Notes: generated by a model from the sequence alone, not told the origin. 64,000 bases of DNA from an uncultured Nitrososphaerales archaeon (GCA_963695855.1 CAVOHZ010000010.1:1152001-1216000), one strand, 5' to 3'. Positions 20,062 to 31,940 are shown, numbered from the stretch's first letter. Translations and numbers: made by a program.

Positions 20062-21240
20062 ATGCCATCGGATGAAATTGAAAATGTTCTAATACTTCAG
20101 GGTGGTGGTTCTCTAGGTGCTTTCGCATGCGGTGTTTTTAAAGCACTTGTAAAAAATAATATAAAAATAGACATAGTTGCTGGTACATCAATTGGTGGAG
20201 TAAACGCTTCAATCATTGCTGGATGTAAACAGAAATATAGTCCTGAAAAGGCATTAGAGCAATTCTGGTTAGAACTAGCAGAAGGTGATATAAACTCTCA
20301 TTCATATCCTTTTACTAAGTGGTTATCATATGGATTAACAAATCCATTAACTTCGGTAGCGGACCATTCAAGAAATATTCATGGTTCACAAATCAAGTCT
20401 ATTTCATCATTCTATAAATCAGCAGTTTTTGGAAATAATAAGGTCTTTATTCCACGTTGGAATGCAGAATATGCTTTCAGTGATCCAGAATATTTTAATC
20501 CTAATAAATGGACATATTTATATGATCATTCTCCACTAATAAAAACATTAGAAAAATATCTTGATTTTAACAAACTACAACCCAATGGTAATCCTGATAG
20601 TCGTTTAATAATAACTGCAGTTAATGTTTTGACAGCAGAACCATTAGCATTTGATAGTTCTAAGCAACAAATAACTCCAAAACATATACTTGCTGCAACT
20701 GCTTATCCTAATTACTATTTTCAATGGGTAGAAGTAGAAGAGGGTATGTTCGCATGGGATGGTAGTTTACTTAGTAATACCCCGCTAAGAGAAGTCATTG
20801 ATGCTTCTCCATCAAAAAATAAACGGATCTTTCTAGTTGAAAATTATCCAAAAAAAATTGATAATTTACCTGATAATTTGTTTGAGGTGCAACATAGGAC
20901 ACGTGACATTTTGTTTAGCGATAAAACAATGCACAATATAAAAATGTCCAAAGCTTTTACAGTCTATTTGAAGCTAATAAAAGATCTTTATAATATGCTT
21001 GAAAATAATTTTAATTCACAAAATAAAGAAGATATAAAGAAATTTGAAAGAATTCGTAAAAGATATAAAAGAATATCAGAAAACCATGGTGCAGAAATTA
21101 AGGAAACATATTATATAACACGAGAAGAAAAAGATTCTAATCTTTATGAAAATGCTGATTTCTCAGTAAATGTCATAAAGAATTCTATAAAAGATGGAGA
21201 ACGACGAACAAATCAAGTAATTAATAAAATGTCTGCATAA
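20062..21240 (+). CDS. patatin-like phospholipase
   Basis: GGGSLG, GTSIG nucleophile elbow, WDGSL. Confidence 0.92.
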   Translation: MPSDEIENVLILQGGGSLGAFACGVFKALVKNNIKIDIVAGTSIGGVNASIIAGCKQKYSPEKALEQFWLELAEGDINSHSYPFTKWLSYGLTNPLTSVADHSRNIHGSQIKSISSFYKSAVFGNNKVFIPRWNAEYAFSDPEYFNPNKWTYLYDHSPLIKTLEKYLDFNKLQPNGNPDSRLIITAVNVLTAEPLAFDSSKQQITPKHILAATAYPNYYFQWVEVEEGMFAWDGSLLSNTPLREVIDASPSKNKRIFLVENYPKKIDNLPDNLFEVQHRTRDILFSDKTMHNIKMSKAFTVYLKLIKDLYNMLENNFNSQNKEDIKKFERIRKRYKRISENHGAEIKETYYITREEKDSNLYENADFSVNVIKNSIKDGERRTNQVINKMSA

Positions 21241-21448
21241 TAAAAACAAAAATATGTTGGTGTTGTCAAGTGATTTATATTTTATGAATGATATATTATT
21301 ATAGACATAGTTGAATGAATTATATTTTATTAAGTGCAATTTTGTCTAAATCTATATATTATATGTAATCGATAATCTTATATATTTTATATTCATTTTA
21401 TATTCAATTGAAATCAAAGATAATTTTATTAACAGGTAAAATTAGAAT

Positions 21449-22504
21449 ATGAAATCTGCAAAAATTATTGAAATAAATCAACCTCTTCAAATACAAGAAA
21501 GCAAAACTCCAAAACCTAAAGGTTCTCAGGTGTTGGTAAAAATTCAATCATCTGGAGTTTGCCATAGCGATATTCACTTATGGGAGGGTGGTTATGAAGG
21601 ACCTCAAGGTCAATTTTTGAAAACTACTGATAGAGGAGTAAAATATCCTTTAACGCCAGGACATGAAATTGCAGGAATAGTAGACAGTCTAGGCGAACAG
21701 ACGGAAGGTTTTACAAAGAATGAAAAAGTTCTTGTGTATCCATGGATAGGAGATGGACTATGTCCTGCATGCAGAATAGGAGAAGAAAATCTTTGTGATA
21801 AACCAAGATCCTTAGGAATTTATAATGATGGAGGATATGCTGATTATGTTTTAGTGCCTAATTATAAATACTTAATTAAACTTGGAGATGAAATTGATAC
21901 TGATACAAGTGCTCCTTTATCATGTTCTGCACTTACAGCATATGGTGCGGTAAAGAATGCCAATCTGACACCTAATGATAATGTAGTCATTGTTGGGACA
22001 GGAGGATTGGGATTGATGGCCATACAATTAGCAAAGGAAATAACAGGTTCAAGAATAATTGCTTTGGATAGAAATGATGAAAAGCTTAAAGCAGCAAAGG
22101 ATAATGGTGCAGATGATATTATAAATTCAACAAAGGAAGATGCTGTAAAAGCAGTCATGGAATTAACTGAGAGAATGGGAGCTGATGCAGTGATTGATTT
22201 TGTTAATGCATCATCAACAGTAGAACTTGATATGAAATTTCTTAGAAAGAGAGCAAAGTTGGTACTTGTTGGACTTTTTGGTGGTGAATTAAAATTGAAT
22301 TTACTTACAATGCCTACTAGAGCATATAAATTAATTGGATCTTATACTGGAAGTATGAATGACTTGATAGAACTTGTTTCATTAGCAAAGAGAGGTATAA
22401 TAAAACCAGTTATTTCTAATAGATTCAGACTTGATGAGGCTACAGAAGCATTGGGGATGTTAAAGGATGGTAAAATTCTTGGTAGAGGCGTAATAAATCC
22501 TTGA
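21449..22504 (+). CDS. zinc-dependent alcohol dehydrogenase
   Basis: GVCHSD, GHE, GTGGLG. Confidence 0.95.
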   Translation: MKSAKIIEINQPLQIQESKTPKPKGSQVLVKIQSSGVCHSDIHLWEGGYEGPQGQFLKTTDRGVKYPLTPGHEIAGIVDSLGEQTEGFTKNEKVLVYPWIGDGLCPACRIGEENLCDKPRSLGIYNDGGYADYVLVPNYKYLIKLGDEIDTDTSAPLSCSALTAYGAVKNANLTPNDNVVIVGTGGLGLMAIQLAKEITGSRIIALDRNDEKLKAAKDNGADDIINSTKEDAVKAVMELTERMGADAVIDFVNASSTVELDMKFLRKRAKLVLVGLFGGELKLNLLTMPTRAYKLIGSYTGSMNDLIELVSLAKRGIIKPVISNRFRLDEATEALGMLKDGKILGRGVINP

Positions 22505-23913
22505 CAGACTCTACTGCTAAAGAATTAACAACTATAAATCCTGCAACTGAAGAAATTCTCAATAAATATACTATAATGACAAAAGAAGAGGTTAATGCCG
22601 TTGGAAAGAAAGCTCAAGATGCCTACAAAGAATGGGAGAAAGATGTAGACAAGCGAATTGATTCTTTATATGATGTTGCTAAAGAATTAAGAAAGAATAA
22701 AGAAAATCTTGCTAGAACAGCTACAAATGAAATGGGTAAAGCAATAAAGGAATCAAGAGCAGAGATTGATAAATGTGCATGGGCCATTGAATATTTTGCA
22801 GATAACGGAAAGAACTTTATTCATGATGAATCTTTTAATACAGACGCAAGAAAGAGTATTATAAAATTTGAAGCATTAGGTGTTATAGGAAGTATAATGC
22901 CATGGAATTTTCCTTATTGGCAGGCATTAAGATTTGCAGCACCTTCGTTAGCAGTCGGAAATACAATTGTATTAAAACCAGCTAGTGCTACAATGCAATG
23001 TGGAATAGAAATTGAAAATATTTTTCAGCAGGCGGGGTTACCTGAAGGAATATTCAAGACAGTAACAGGAGATTCTAGTGTTGCAGAAATACTTGTAGAT
23101 TCACCATATGTAAATGCTGTTACATTTACTGGAAGTGTTCCTGTAGGCGCCAAAGTTGCACAAAGAGCGACATCTCAGCTAAAAAAAACAGTTCTCGAAT
23201 TAGGTGGAAGTGATCCTTTCATAGTATGTAAAGATGCAGATATTGAAAAAGCATCAACAGGAGCAGTAAAAGGTCGCTTTATAAATTGTGGTCAAAGTTG
23301 TATTGCATCAAAAAGATTTATTGTAGTAAACGATATTGCAAACGAGTTTATTGAAAAGTTTATTCAAAAAACAGAGAAACTTAAAGTTGGTAATCCTCTC
23401 TCTGATGATACTGATATAGGACCACTTGTAAATGCAAAAGCATTACAGACCATAGATTCACAAGTTAAAGATTCTGTTAAAGAAGGTGCAGAAGTACTTA
23501 TAGGCGGAGAACAAATATTAGAACATAAGGGTTATTTCTATAGACCTACTATTCTTGGCAATATTAGTTCAACTATGCGTGTAGTAAACGAGGAAGTATT
23601 TGGTCCAATTGCTCCTATTCTTATTGCAGATAACGAAAAAGAAGCTATAAAGCTTGCAAATGATTCAGAATTTGGTCTTGGTGCTAGTATTTGGACAGAG
23701 GACCTTGAAAATGCAGAATTATTATCGAGCATCATAAAATCAGGTATAGTAGCCGTAAATAATGTGGTAGTTTCAGATCCTAGGGTTCCATTTGGTGGTA
23801 TTAAACATAGTGGATTTGGTAGAGAACTATCCAGATATGGAATGCTAGAATTTGTAAATATTAAATCAATTAGACTTTATGACCAATTGATACATGAACA
23901 CTATGTAGAATAG
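22501..23913 (+). CDS. NAD(P)-dependent aldehyde dehydrogenase (SSADH-like)
   Basis: PWNFP, FTGS, ELGGSD, GQSC, EEVFGP; 4-bp overlap with the ADH gene. Confidence 0.95.
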   Translation: MTDSTAKELTTINPATEEILNKYTIMTKEEVNAVGKKAQDAYKEWEKDVDKRIDSLYDVAKELRKNKENLARTATNEMGKAIKESRAEIDKCAWAIEYFADNGKNFIHDESFNTDARKSIIKFEALGVIGSIMPWNFPYWQALRFAAPSLAVGNTIVLKPASATMQCGIEIENIFQQAGLPEGIFKTVTGDSSVAEILVDSPYVNAVTFTGSVPVGAKVAQRATSQLKKTVLELGGSDPFIVCKDADIEKASTGAVKGRFINCGQSCIASKRFIVVNDIANEFIEKFIQKTEKLKVGNPLSDDTDIGPLVNAKALQTIDSQVKDSVKEGAEVLIGGEQILEHKGYFYRPTILGNISSTMRVVNEEVFGPIAPILIADNEKEAIKLANDSEFGLGASIWTEDLENAELLSSIIKSGIVAVNNVVVSDPRVPFGGIKHSGFGRELSRYGMLEFVNIKSIRLYDQLIHEHYVE

Positions 23914-24120
23914 AATGAAAATTTCCGTAAAGGTATTATTTGTTGATATCTTGGAGGGATTCTACTATTCTCCCAAATTGTTTTGTATCTATTATTAAGG
24001 TAATAAAAGCAGATTCTTTTTATTTATACAAGTACAAGTTAAATTTTGAAAATTTAAAATTTCCACAATGATAATAAAGAATTCGAGTATGTGGTCAGAT
24101 GTATAATTGCATTTACTAAA

Positions 24121-24552
24121 CTAAAGTTTGTAAGATCTTTTTTGTTTAATATTATGCGATACTTTCTTAGTATCGCTCCTTCGCTTTTTTGTCCAATCTA
24201 TTCTTTTGTTATTTAACATTTCAAAGTTCTCATAAATATGAGGTCTCTTTTTTCTCATTCCTTGTACTACAGATTTTGCCTTGTTCCAAAAGGGAGTAGG
24301 ATTGAACATATCAAAATAAAGATCAGCATCTATCATTCTGTGACTTACAATAACACCTGACAGCTCAAAAAATCCACAAACAGCAATAAAATATGATCTT
24401 TGAATTGAAGACCCACCATACTTTTGTATGTATTCTTCATAACTATCAGCATACAGTTCTTCTAAAAACCAGAGTATTGCATCTCTATGACCATCATAAA
24501 TTTTATATAATTTTATTAGTGTATCAGTATTTACCATATCTTTTAAAACCAT
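24121..24552 (-). CDS. DUF4760-like hypothetical protein
   Basis: FFELSG...D...W...IYENFEML pattern. Confidence 0.65.
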   Translation of the reverse strand: MVLKDMVNTDTLIKLYKIYDGHRDAILWFLEELYADSYEEYIQKYGGSSIQRSYFIAVCGFFELSGVIVSHRMIDADLYFDMFNPTPFWNKAKSVVQGMRKKRPHIYENFEMLNNKRIDWTKKRRSDTKKVSHNIKQKRSYKL

Positions 24553-24890
24553 AATATATAGTTGTATAAGAAGTAGATAAAGGATTCATTAAATAGCAGT
24601 CGGATATATTGATATTACTGAAATTCTGATTCCTGTAGAAAAAAGTTCAATCTGTTGTATGATATATGGTATCAGAGGCAGAGTCAAATGTTTTTGACAC
24701 AATTCTGTAATACAAAATATTATTGTCAAAAAAATCAAGTTATTATTAATATCTGTCTATTACCGGAATTAAAATATCAGATTCAAATTAAAAAATCCTC
24801 TTGTTTTCATTTTATGTTTCTTGTTATATCGGTTAGACTAACGTCAAATAATCCATATCATTATATCTAGTCATAAATATTAACTAACAA

Positions 24891-26747
24891 TTGAGCACTA
24901 TCGATTATGAAAAAATCATTCAAGTTGTACGGTCGTCAACAAACAATCTTCTAAGCTCATTTCAAGAGAAAAATACTTTACTGAGACAATATCCAACGGA
25001 TATTAAATCCTACATCCGTGAGGGATATGATAAACAGAAAGCGTATGACTGTGCTGTAAATCTTTTTGGCAAGAATACGACTACGTTTATTGCTATAGAT
25101 GGCATAGAATCACAAGATCAATATTTGGATATGCTTGTCTTTTATGCTGGAGCCTTTGGCTATACTGGAGAGCTAGAATTCTCTAAAGATACGGGCTGTA
25201 AATATAAGGAGATAGAAGAATTGAAAGGAATTAACAATGTTTCCGCTGCCATTTCTATACATGAGCAGGATATCTCAAACATCGCAGGTCAGATAAAGGA
25301 AGGAGGAGTAGAGATCGATTCAGAAAGAATTCCAACTTCTCTGATGCAATTAGCAGAATACTATTTTGCTGTAAAGTCCGTTATCACAAATCCATGTATT
25401 CAGGTCGTCATCCTTGATAGAACTCTCGCCGGTGATGTTGCTCATCTTGTATGGAGTGTAGAAGAGCTATTACAATCTGACAGATGTATCTTAAAAGGGA
25501 TGGATACCGAATATGGTATAGTCACATCTTTGGATTTGGAACTAGCAAGGATTCTTCATCCAAATGAGCAACTGGAAATCCCTGTTGCCAGAAGTCATTT
25601 AATAAAATATGCTGCAATCAACAGACTCCTAAAACTAAAAGATAATCACAGTGTGAAAAACAATAATGTAACTTATGAAGCTTTACTATCTATGATCGGT
25701 GGATCTAACAAACGGCTAGATAAACTAAAATCCGATCTTTTGAAAATTGATGAAAAATATCACATTTTTCATGATGGGTCTAAAAATTTACTAAATAATA
25801 TGTTAGACACATTATATTGGGAACGTATATTGTCTGCATCTACTAAAATCTGCGAACATATCTTCAATACTCCTGATGGAAAACATCCACTTATTGTGGA
25901 AATACTAGGAAATAAGCACTGGATAACGGTAGCAGACATAGAGTATTTGATCTTAATGATGATTTACGCTCTATTGAGATTAGCATGGGAAAAAAATGTT
26001 CTTGTAATCGGTCTCATAAAAGATATAGGTGCATCGGAGATGACCAATACGGTCATCCCCTTGTTAAAAGAAGCAAGCAAAATAAATGAGAACAGATTGC
26101 CTCCATATGGTAGTGATAAGACCCTCCTTCAGACTGCAAGTGTTATCAACTCTTCTGACATGCGTACTCCTTGGAACACATTTGAATTTGATTCTTGTTT
26201 CAGGACTATAGTTCCTTTGCAAAGGAAAAAAAATAAAGGTCCTGATCTACAACTATCCATTCAAGTCAAAGGGGCATTCAAGAACGTTATATCATCGGAA
26301 AGAATGTTCTTGAAATCATATATCCAGCTATGGCAGAGCGATACTGACCCAGCAGTGAGAAGTCATGTATTCTCATATGACAGACCATGCTATCCACAAT
26401 ACGACATGACGGTAGATGATAAACTTGAATTATACCATGAAGACGGACAAGTGATTGAGAAAATTCAGCCTATGCTCCATTTCGACATTCAGAGCAGCAT
26501 CTCGCATCTTGTCATGGATATCCTGTCATCGATGTCACATGAAGTTATACCTGAATGCCTTGGTCATAATTATCCGCTTTTTTTAGCTGATAAGAAGGCT
26601 AAGGCATTACTTCAAGAAGGAAGACAGGCATATATCGCTGCAGTATCATTAGAATTGGCCAAAAGTCAACTTGACCAGCAAATATTATTTGAGAGTAGTT
26701 ATAGAGAATATCGATCGCAAGTTGAAGGTAAGAGGAGAAGGAGTTGA
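24891..26747 (+). CDS. enlarged NurA-like nuclease
   Basis: FIAIDG, VVILDRTL, VIGLIKD, GHNYPLFLAD correspond to NurA motifs; overlaps the HerA gene. Confidence 0.72.
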   Translation: MSTIDYEKIIQVVRSSTNNLLSSFQEKNTLLRQYPTDIKSYIREGYDKQKAYDCAVNLFGKNTTTFIAIDGIESQDQYLDMLVFYAGAFGYTGELEFSKDTGCKYKEIEELKGINNVSAAISIHEQDISNIAGQIKEGGVEIDSERIPTSLMQLAEYYFAVKSVITNPCIQVVILDRTLAGDVAHLVWSVEELLQSDRCILKGMDTEYGIVTSLDLELARILHPNEQLEIPVARSHLIKYAAINRLLKLKDNHSVKNNNVTYEALLSMIGGSNKRLDKLKSDLLKIDEKYHIFHDGSKNLLNNMLDTLYWERILSASTKICEHIFNTPDGKHPLIVEILGNKHWITVADIEYLILMMIYALLRLAWEKNVLVIGLIKDIGASEMTNTVIPLLKEASKINENRLPPYGSDKTLLQTASVINSSDMRTPWNTFEFDSCFRTIVPLQRKKNKGPDLQLSIQVKGAFKNVISSERMFLKSYIQLWQSDTDPAVRSHVFSYDRPCYPQYDMTVDDKLELYHEDGQVIEKIQPMLHFDIQSSISHLVMDILSSMSHEVIPECLGHNYPLFLADKKAKALLQEGRQAYIAAVSLELAKSQLDQQILFESSYREYRSQVEGKRRRS

Positions 26748-28627
26748 ATGTCTTGGTAGTAGGAAAAAATGAAACAGACACCATATTAGAATCTGAAATA
26801 GTAAAAGATAAAATGTTTGATTCAATTGAGGACAAGTTTTTTGCACGTCTAAGAGAAATTGCATCCACAACGAGAAATACAGCTGACGGTAAGGCTACTA
26901 TAACATTTCGTACTGCAAGAATCGAGGGAGTATATACACCAGATATAATAAAAAAGATTGAACCGGGGAGACTCGTTGCAATACCAAATACAATGTCAGT
27001 GGGTACAAATAATGCTTTTTCCGTGTATGAAATAGCAGATATCTACCCAATGCATTACAGTATGCTTACATTAGATCGAAATCAACCTGGGGCAATACGA
27101 AAGGAGTTCATGAACCTAATCGAAAAGGAATGGCATACAGACTCCAAGAGTACTTGGATAGAGATCATTGCAGCGCCAACCGGATATTCCATAATTTTAG
27201 ATACCGAACAGGAGCCAAAATTTATTAGAAAAAATACAGTTCCACTTATTGGTTCACAGGTACATTTACTGAATAAAAATACCATACAGAAATTTATCTG
27301 CTACACCCCAACAAATAACGAGAATTTAGATTTATATAATGTTGGAAAACTTTTGGGTTTTGCCGATACGGCTATACCCTTTACCATAAACCTGTACAAA
27401 TTACTCCACTATCATGTCGGTGTTTTTGCTTTTACTGGTTCGGGGAAGAGCAATTTAACGTCACTTATTATGAGGAAGACAATAAATTGTGTTCCATTTG
27501 TTAAGTTTGTGGTATTCGATGTATCATCGGAATATGGAATAAACATTCTAGATCTCCTGAAGGATTTTCCATCAAGGGTATTGTTTTCTGAGGATCTTCG
27601 TGGAAAGAATTCAAAGGATATGGCAGCAGATTATCTACGGAGACATGTTATTCCAGAAAGACTGGATCAAAAGAAAGATAATCTTCTTTATATGATCAAA
27701 GAAATAATAGACCAAGATAAAGTAACTAAAATATCTATAGAATCAGATGCTGAAAGAGATATGCAGGGCTTGGGAACGTATTCGGGCCTATTAAGGACGC
27801 TTGGTGACATTTCAGCAGAAAAATATGGAGCTGCAGGACAGAAAATTCTTATTCCTACAATAGCAGGTATGATAAGAAAATTTATGAACGATAACAAGAT
27901 CAGAGATGAAGACAGTTCCATCAGCAATGAAATTATTCCTTTGTTAGCTGAGATCAACAAACTACTTGTAAATGCAAAATTTCGACAGGATGCAACAATA
28001 TTATCCCTTTTTAATAATCTTAAAATTGCAATAGATAATCCTGTTACAAATAATCCTGCTGGATATTATTCAACAGATCTTGTTAAAGAGATAATGGATG
28101 AAAAAGAATCCTCGCCAAGGCTCTTTGTTATAAATCTCCCAGAAGCAGATACAGCAAGAACATTTTGTTCAGAGATTATTAAGAGGGTATTTAGGTACAG
28201 GAAAAATAGCTTCACTCTGAATCCAAAGATAATATTTGTCTTTGACGAGGCACAAGAATTCATTCCTTACGATAAAAGGAGAGAAGACGGAACAGAAACT
28301 TCTAGCAGGGCCGTCGAGAAATTGTTAAGACATGGTCGTAAATATAACCTACATGGTTGGATATCTACCCAGCGAATCGCTCATTTAAATACAAATGCAC
28401 TACAACAACTTCATAGCTATTTTGTAAGTACAATGCCAAGGCCGTATGATAGGCAGTTGATTTCTGATACGTTTGCCATCGATGATGCGTTTATGGACCG
28501 CACCTTAACATTTGAAAATGGAGATTGGCTTATGACAAGTTTCAAGGCAACAAATACCCAAAATGTACCTGTTTTCTTCCACGCAAAAGATAATGAAGAT
28601 TTCCTATCAGAAAGGATAATGAAATAA
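26744..28627 (+). CDS. herA: HerA-family (DUF87) ATPase/translocase
   Basis: HVGVFAFTGSGKS (Walker A), VFDVSSEY, FVFDEAQEF (Walker B), RHGRKY, STQR. Confidence 0.88.
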   Translation: MNVLVVGKNETDTILESEIVKDKMFDSIEDKFFARLREIASTTRNTADGKATITFRTARIEGVYTPDIIKKIEPGRLVAIPNTMSVGTNNAFSVYEIADIYPMHYSMLTLDRNQPGAIRKEFMNLIEKEWHTDSKSTWIEIIAAPTGYSIILDTEQEPKFIRKNTVPLIGSQVHLLNKNTIQKFICYTPTNNENLDLYNVGKLLGFADTAIPFTINLYKLLHYHVGVFAFTGSGKSNLTSLIMRKTINCVPFVKFVVFDVSSEYGINILDLLKDFPSRVLFSEDLRGKNSKDMAADYLRRHVIPERLDQKKDNLLYMIKEIIDQDKVTKISIESDAERDMQGLGTYSGLLRTLGDISAEKYGAAGQKILIPTIAGMIRKFMNDNKIRDEDSSISNEIIPLLAEINKLLVNAKFRQDATILSLFNNLKIAIDNPVTNNPAGYYSTDLVKEIMDEKESSPRLFVINLPEADTARTFCSEIIKRVFRYRKNSFTLNPKIIFVFDEAQEFIPYDKRREDGTETSSRAVEKLLRHGRKYNLHGWISTQRIAHLNTNALQQLHSYFVSTMPRPYDRQLISDTFAIDDAFMDRTLTFENGDWLMTSFKATNTQNVPVFFHAKDNEDFLSERIMK

Positions 28628-28754
28628 GATAAGATCCAAAATATTGGAGACAATCTGGACTTTATTATTACTTATCCAAACGATTAATCCTTTTAAATAC
28701 TAATCCCTGACATTCAACAATTTAAAGCCTAAGATAACTAAGCAAAATTTTAAT

Positions 28755-28995
28755 TCATATATATTCAGCATATATTGATCTATAAATGACATAATAGAGA
28801 AAAAGGTCATATATGATAACACATTCTCCAAAGATTCTCTTGATACAAAAGAAGACAGATTCTAAAATTCGTCTCTGTCCATTTCTAACGTTATCCTTAA
28901 ATTCTTGCAAATTTTTTTTCTGCATCTTTACCTTCTTGTTTCCTAGGTGGTGATTGATCTTCATATGAAATTCTTTCTTACTTTTATTGCTGGCT
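28755..28995 (-). mobile_element. IS5-like transposase C-terminal remnant
   Basis: GQRRILESVFFCIKRIFGE. Confidence 0.7.
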
Positions 28996-29187
28996 AGAAA
29001 CTAAACTCATATGACTTGGAATATGGGTAATATGACCATATTACTAGAAATTTTAGAATTCAATATTGTACCGTAAATTACAGACGTACTAAAAATGACT
29101 TTCTTTAAAAACGCTTCGATTTTAACAATAAGTAGGATTTCGAGTAATTGACAAACTTTCAGTTATATTCCTATCAAGAATATTCTT

Positions 29188-29465
29188 TATGGATTTGCTA
29201 AATTTTGCTGTTTATCTAGAAAACGACAACTTTTCAGGTCATTTACTGGACTGCAACTATCTGAATTTGATTCAATTTACGGGGAAATAGAATAGATATC
29301 AAAAATACGAGATAAAACGTATCTCTAAAAGAAAGCGCACAAGACGAGTAGGAACAGGAGATAAACGCTTTTTTAAACATACAGTAAAAGACAGATTTCT
29401 CATGCTTTTAGTATACTTCATATTGTACATAACACATACACTTTCTGGATTTCTGTTTGACCTGT
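29188..29465 (+). mobile_element. ISL2-group (HTH_Tnp_4-type) transposase N-terminal remnant
   Basis: FRSFTGLQLSEFDSIY, RTRRVGTG, VKDRFLMLLVY, SGFLFDL with frameshifts. Confidence 0.7.
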
Positions 29466-29827
29466 ACCACAACAGATTGTTAGCATCTGATTCTACTACG
29501 ACAATCAGATTTAAGACGCATCTTACATAAGGCATGGATTGGATTGGTTATGTTATAGTTTGTATCAAGTGGTAGTTTGATAAGAAAATCTATTATGTAA
29601 GAGCGATTAGAAAACTAGAGAAAGAGTTAAGGATAATGGTCTGACATTTTGAATGTCTTGATGGTTTAGAACATTAAAATATACTTCAGTATTGATTCTT
29701 ATACAATTTCTTATACAATCGTTCAATTAACAGATTCTATATTTGCTCTTAGATAAAGACAATTATGTGGATAGATTACATAAGTACGACAGGAAATAAA
29801 TTATAGATATAATTTTTTATTCAATAC

Positions 29828-30913
29828 TTGAATAGCATGGACTCTTGGCTTTTATTTAGAGGAAATGAAGAGCGAAGTGGTGTTTTTGCAGGCAAATTAC
29901 CACGAGAATTATCGCTATTTTGGGTCATTGAATTAGAACCTATGGTATCTTCGCCTATTTTTCATAATAATGTTGTCTATAACTCTACTATAACTGGTAA
30001 AATTTTCGCTGTTAATGTTTACAGGAAAAAGATCATTTGGCAAAAAAATATAGAAAAACCATTTGTATCATCATTATTACTCCACGACAATTTATTGATA
30101 TCATGTACTTTTGATTCATGGATTATTAAACAAGATTCCAAATCTCTTGCAAAGAATTTGATTTATGCTTTAGATATCACTAAAGAAGGGAAAGAGGAAT
30201 GGAAAGTACAAATACCCGGAGATATTTTTTCATCTCCTTGTATCTGTGATGGGAAGATAATAGTAGTCGGGTCCCTTGATTCCAAACTTTATGCAGTCGA
30301 CTTGAAAGGAAATATTATGTGGACATTTAATACAGGTGGTTCTATTTGGTCTTCACCCACTACAAATAATCAAGAAATATTTATTGGTTCTGATGATTTT
30401 TTTCTCTATAGTGTTGATCTAAATGGTAACTTAAATTGGAAAACTATGTTAGAAGGCAAAATTAGAGCTACACCCAGTTTGATCCAATCAACTAATTCTT
30501 TGTTTATAGGTACACATAACGGTATAATGTATTGTCTAGATAGATCGGATGGTTCTATTAAATGGAGATATAAAATCGGTAAGCCTATTCTTTCTTCAGT
30601 TGCGACATCAAAGGATCACATTTTCTTTGGATGTTCTGATAAATGTATATATTCATTAAACTCTACTGATGGTTCTATCAAATGGAAATATGAAACTGGA
30701 GACAAAATTTGGTCTTCACCAGGGATAATACGGAATGGTGGAATACTATTTGTAGGCTCTTTAGATTCTCATATATATGGTTTAGATATTGAAACCGGCA
30801 TGGTAAACTGGAAATTTCCTACAATGGATTCAATAGAATCATCTCCATGTATTGCCAAAAATATGATGTTTATTAGCTCAAAAGATGGTCTATTGTATTG
30901 TTTTAGTAGTTAA
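29828..30913 (+). CDS. PQQ-like beta-propeller repeat protein
   Basis: Repeated SSP...VGSxDxxLYA.D..G..KW units; no signal peptide. Confidence 0.92.
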   Translation: MNSMDSWLLFRGNEERSGVFAGKLPRELSLFWVIELEPMVSSPIFHNNVVYNSTITGKIFAVNVYRKKIIWQKNIEKPFVSSLLLHDNLLISCTFDSWIIKQDSKSLAKNLIYALDITKEGKEEWKVQIPGDIFSSPCICDGKIIVVGSLDSKLYAVDLKGNIMWTFNTGGSIWSSPTTNNQEIFIGSDDFFLYSVDLNGNLNWKTMLEGKIRATPSLIQSTNSLFIGTHNGIMYCLDRSDGSIKWRYKIGKPILSSVATSKDHIFFGCSDKCIYSLNSTDGSIKWKYETGDKIWSSPGIIRNGGILFVGSLDSHIYGLDIETGMVNWKFPTMDSIESSPCIAKNMMFISSKDGLLYCFSS

Positions 30914-31391
30914 GAAGGACAGGTCTATTTACCTCATTTAATTTCGCTCCGAGATAAATGGAACTTTCTCGATCTTAGAACACTTTTTATAATGATGTCA
31001 TAAGAGTCTGCAGATGTATTCAATCCCCTTATCTTTCATTACATTTGGAATTCGACTTTACTTTTTCAATTTCGTCCCAGATTCCCTCAGGCAAAGTAAT
31101 CGTCAGAGTTTTTCTGTATTATATTTTATTTTCCTTTATAATCATGCCATCATTATTTTTCATTACTACCTAAATATATTTATAATTTGTATTAAACTTC
31201 ATTCATTAGAATTATGATCATTCATTTTGACGATATAGAGATCTTACTAATTGTTGTGCTTACCGACAGAATCAAAGCAATAATAATCCTTCTTCATTTA
31301 GACACCTAAATCGGTTTTTAAAATATATCAGAAAAAAAATCATAATATTAAAGATAAAGATATTTTTGCCCTTCTTATATCTATTGGATAT

Positions 31392-31940
31392 GTGATACAA
31401 CCTATTAATAATATAATAAATTCTTGTTATAGTATTATGATTGGTGAAAATAAAACAAATGTTATTAATCAAATTATTGGTGATTTTATTGAATCCATCT
31501 TGAAGGAGAGACCAATTGGTGCGTTTGATCTTGAATTCGAACTAAAATCATTTGTATACGAGGATAAAATTTTTGATCTAAAAGATGTTAGTGAAAATGA
31601 ATTCATTATAAGAGAATTTAAACGAAAAGAGGAAGAAACAGCAGAATCCGAAGAATATTTGAAGGATATTAGTAGAGCTAATAACTATGATGATTTTTTC
31701 AGTTATTTACAAAGTATTGAGGACCCGTTGATTTATTATTTATCTAGACAAATATTGAAAGATGAACGAGTCAAAATAGTAGAACCTATAGAATTGGAGG
31801 AACAAGAAATAGATGATGTATATACACCTAATTTATGGATTTTTCACAATGATGTGGAGTATAAGCAAAATATTGATTACATTATCGAATTTTACGATGA
31901 GATGAATAGAGAAGATCAATATCCTAGTAACCAATATTGA
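31392..31940 (+). CDS. acidic hypothetical protein
   Basis: Glu/Asp-rich ORF; likely start at ATG 31437. Confidence 0.65.
   Translation: MIQPINNIINSCYSIMIGENKTNVINQIIGDFIESILKERPIGAFDLEFELKSFVYEDKIFDLKDVSENEFIIREFKRKEEETAESEEYLKDISRANNYDDFFSYLQSIEDPLIYYLSRQILKDERVKIVEPIELEEQEIDDVYTPNLWIFHNDVEYKQNIDYIIEFYDEMNREDQYPSNQY

Noticed and set aside
29299-29535. Minus-strand 78-aa ORF
   Set aside because: The plus strand carries the recognisable transposase remnant
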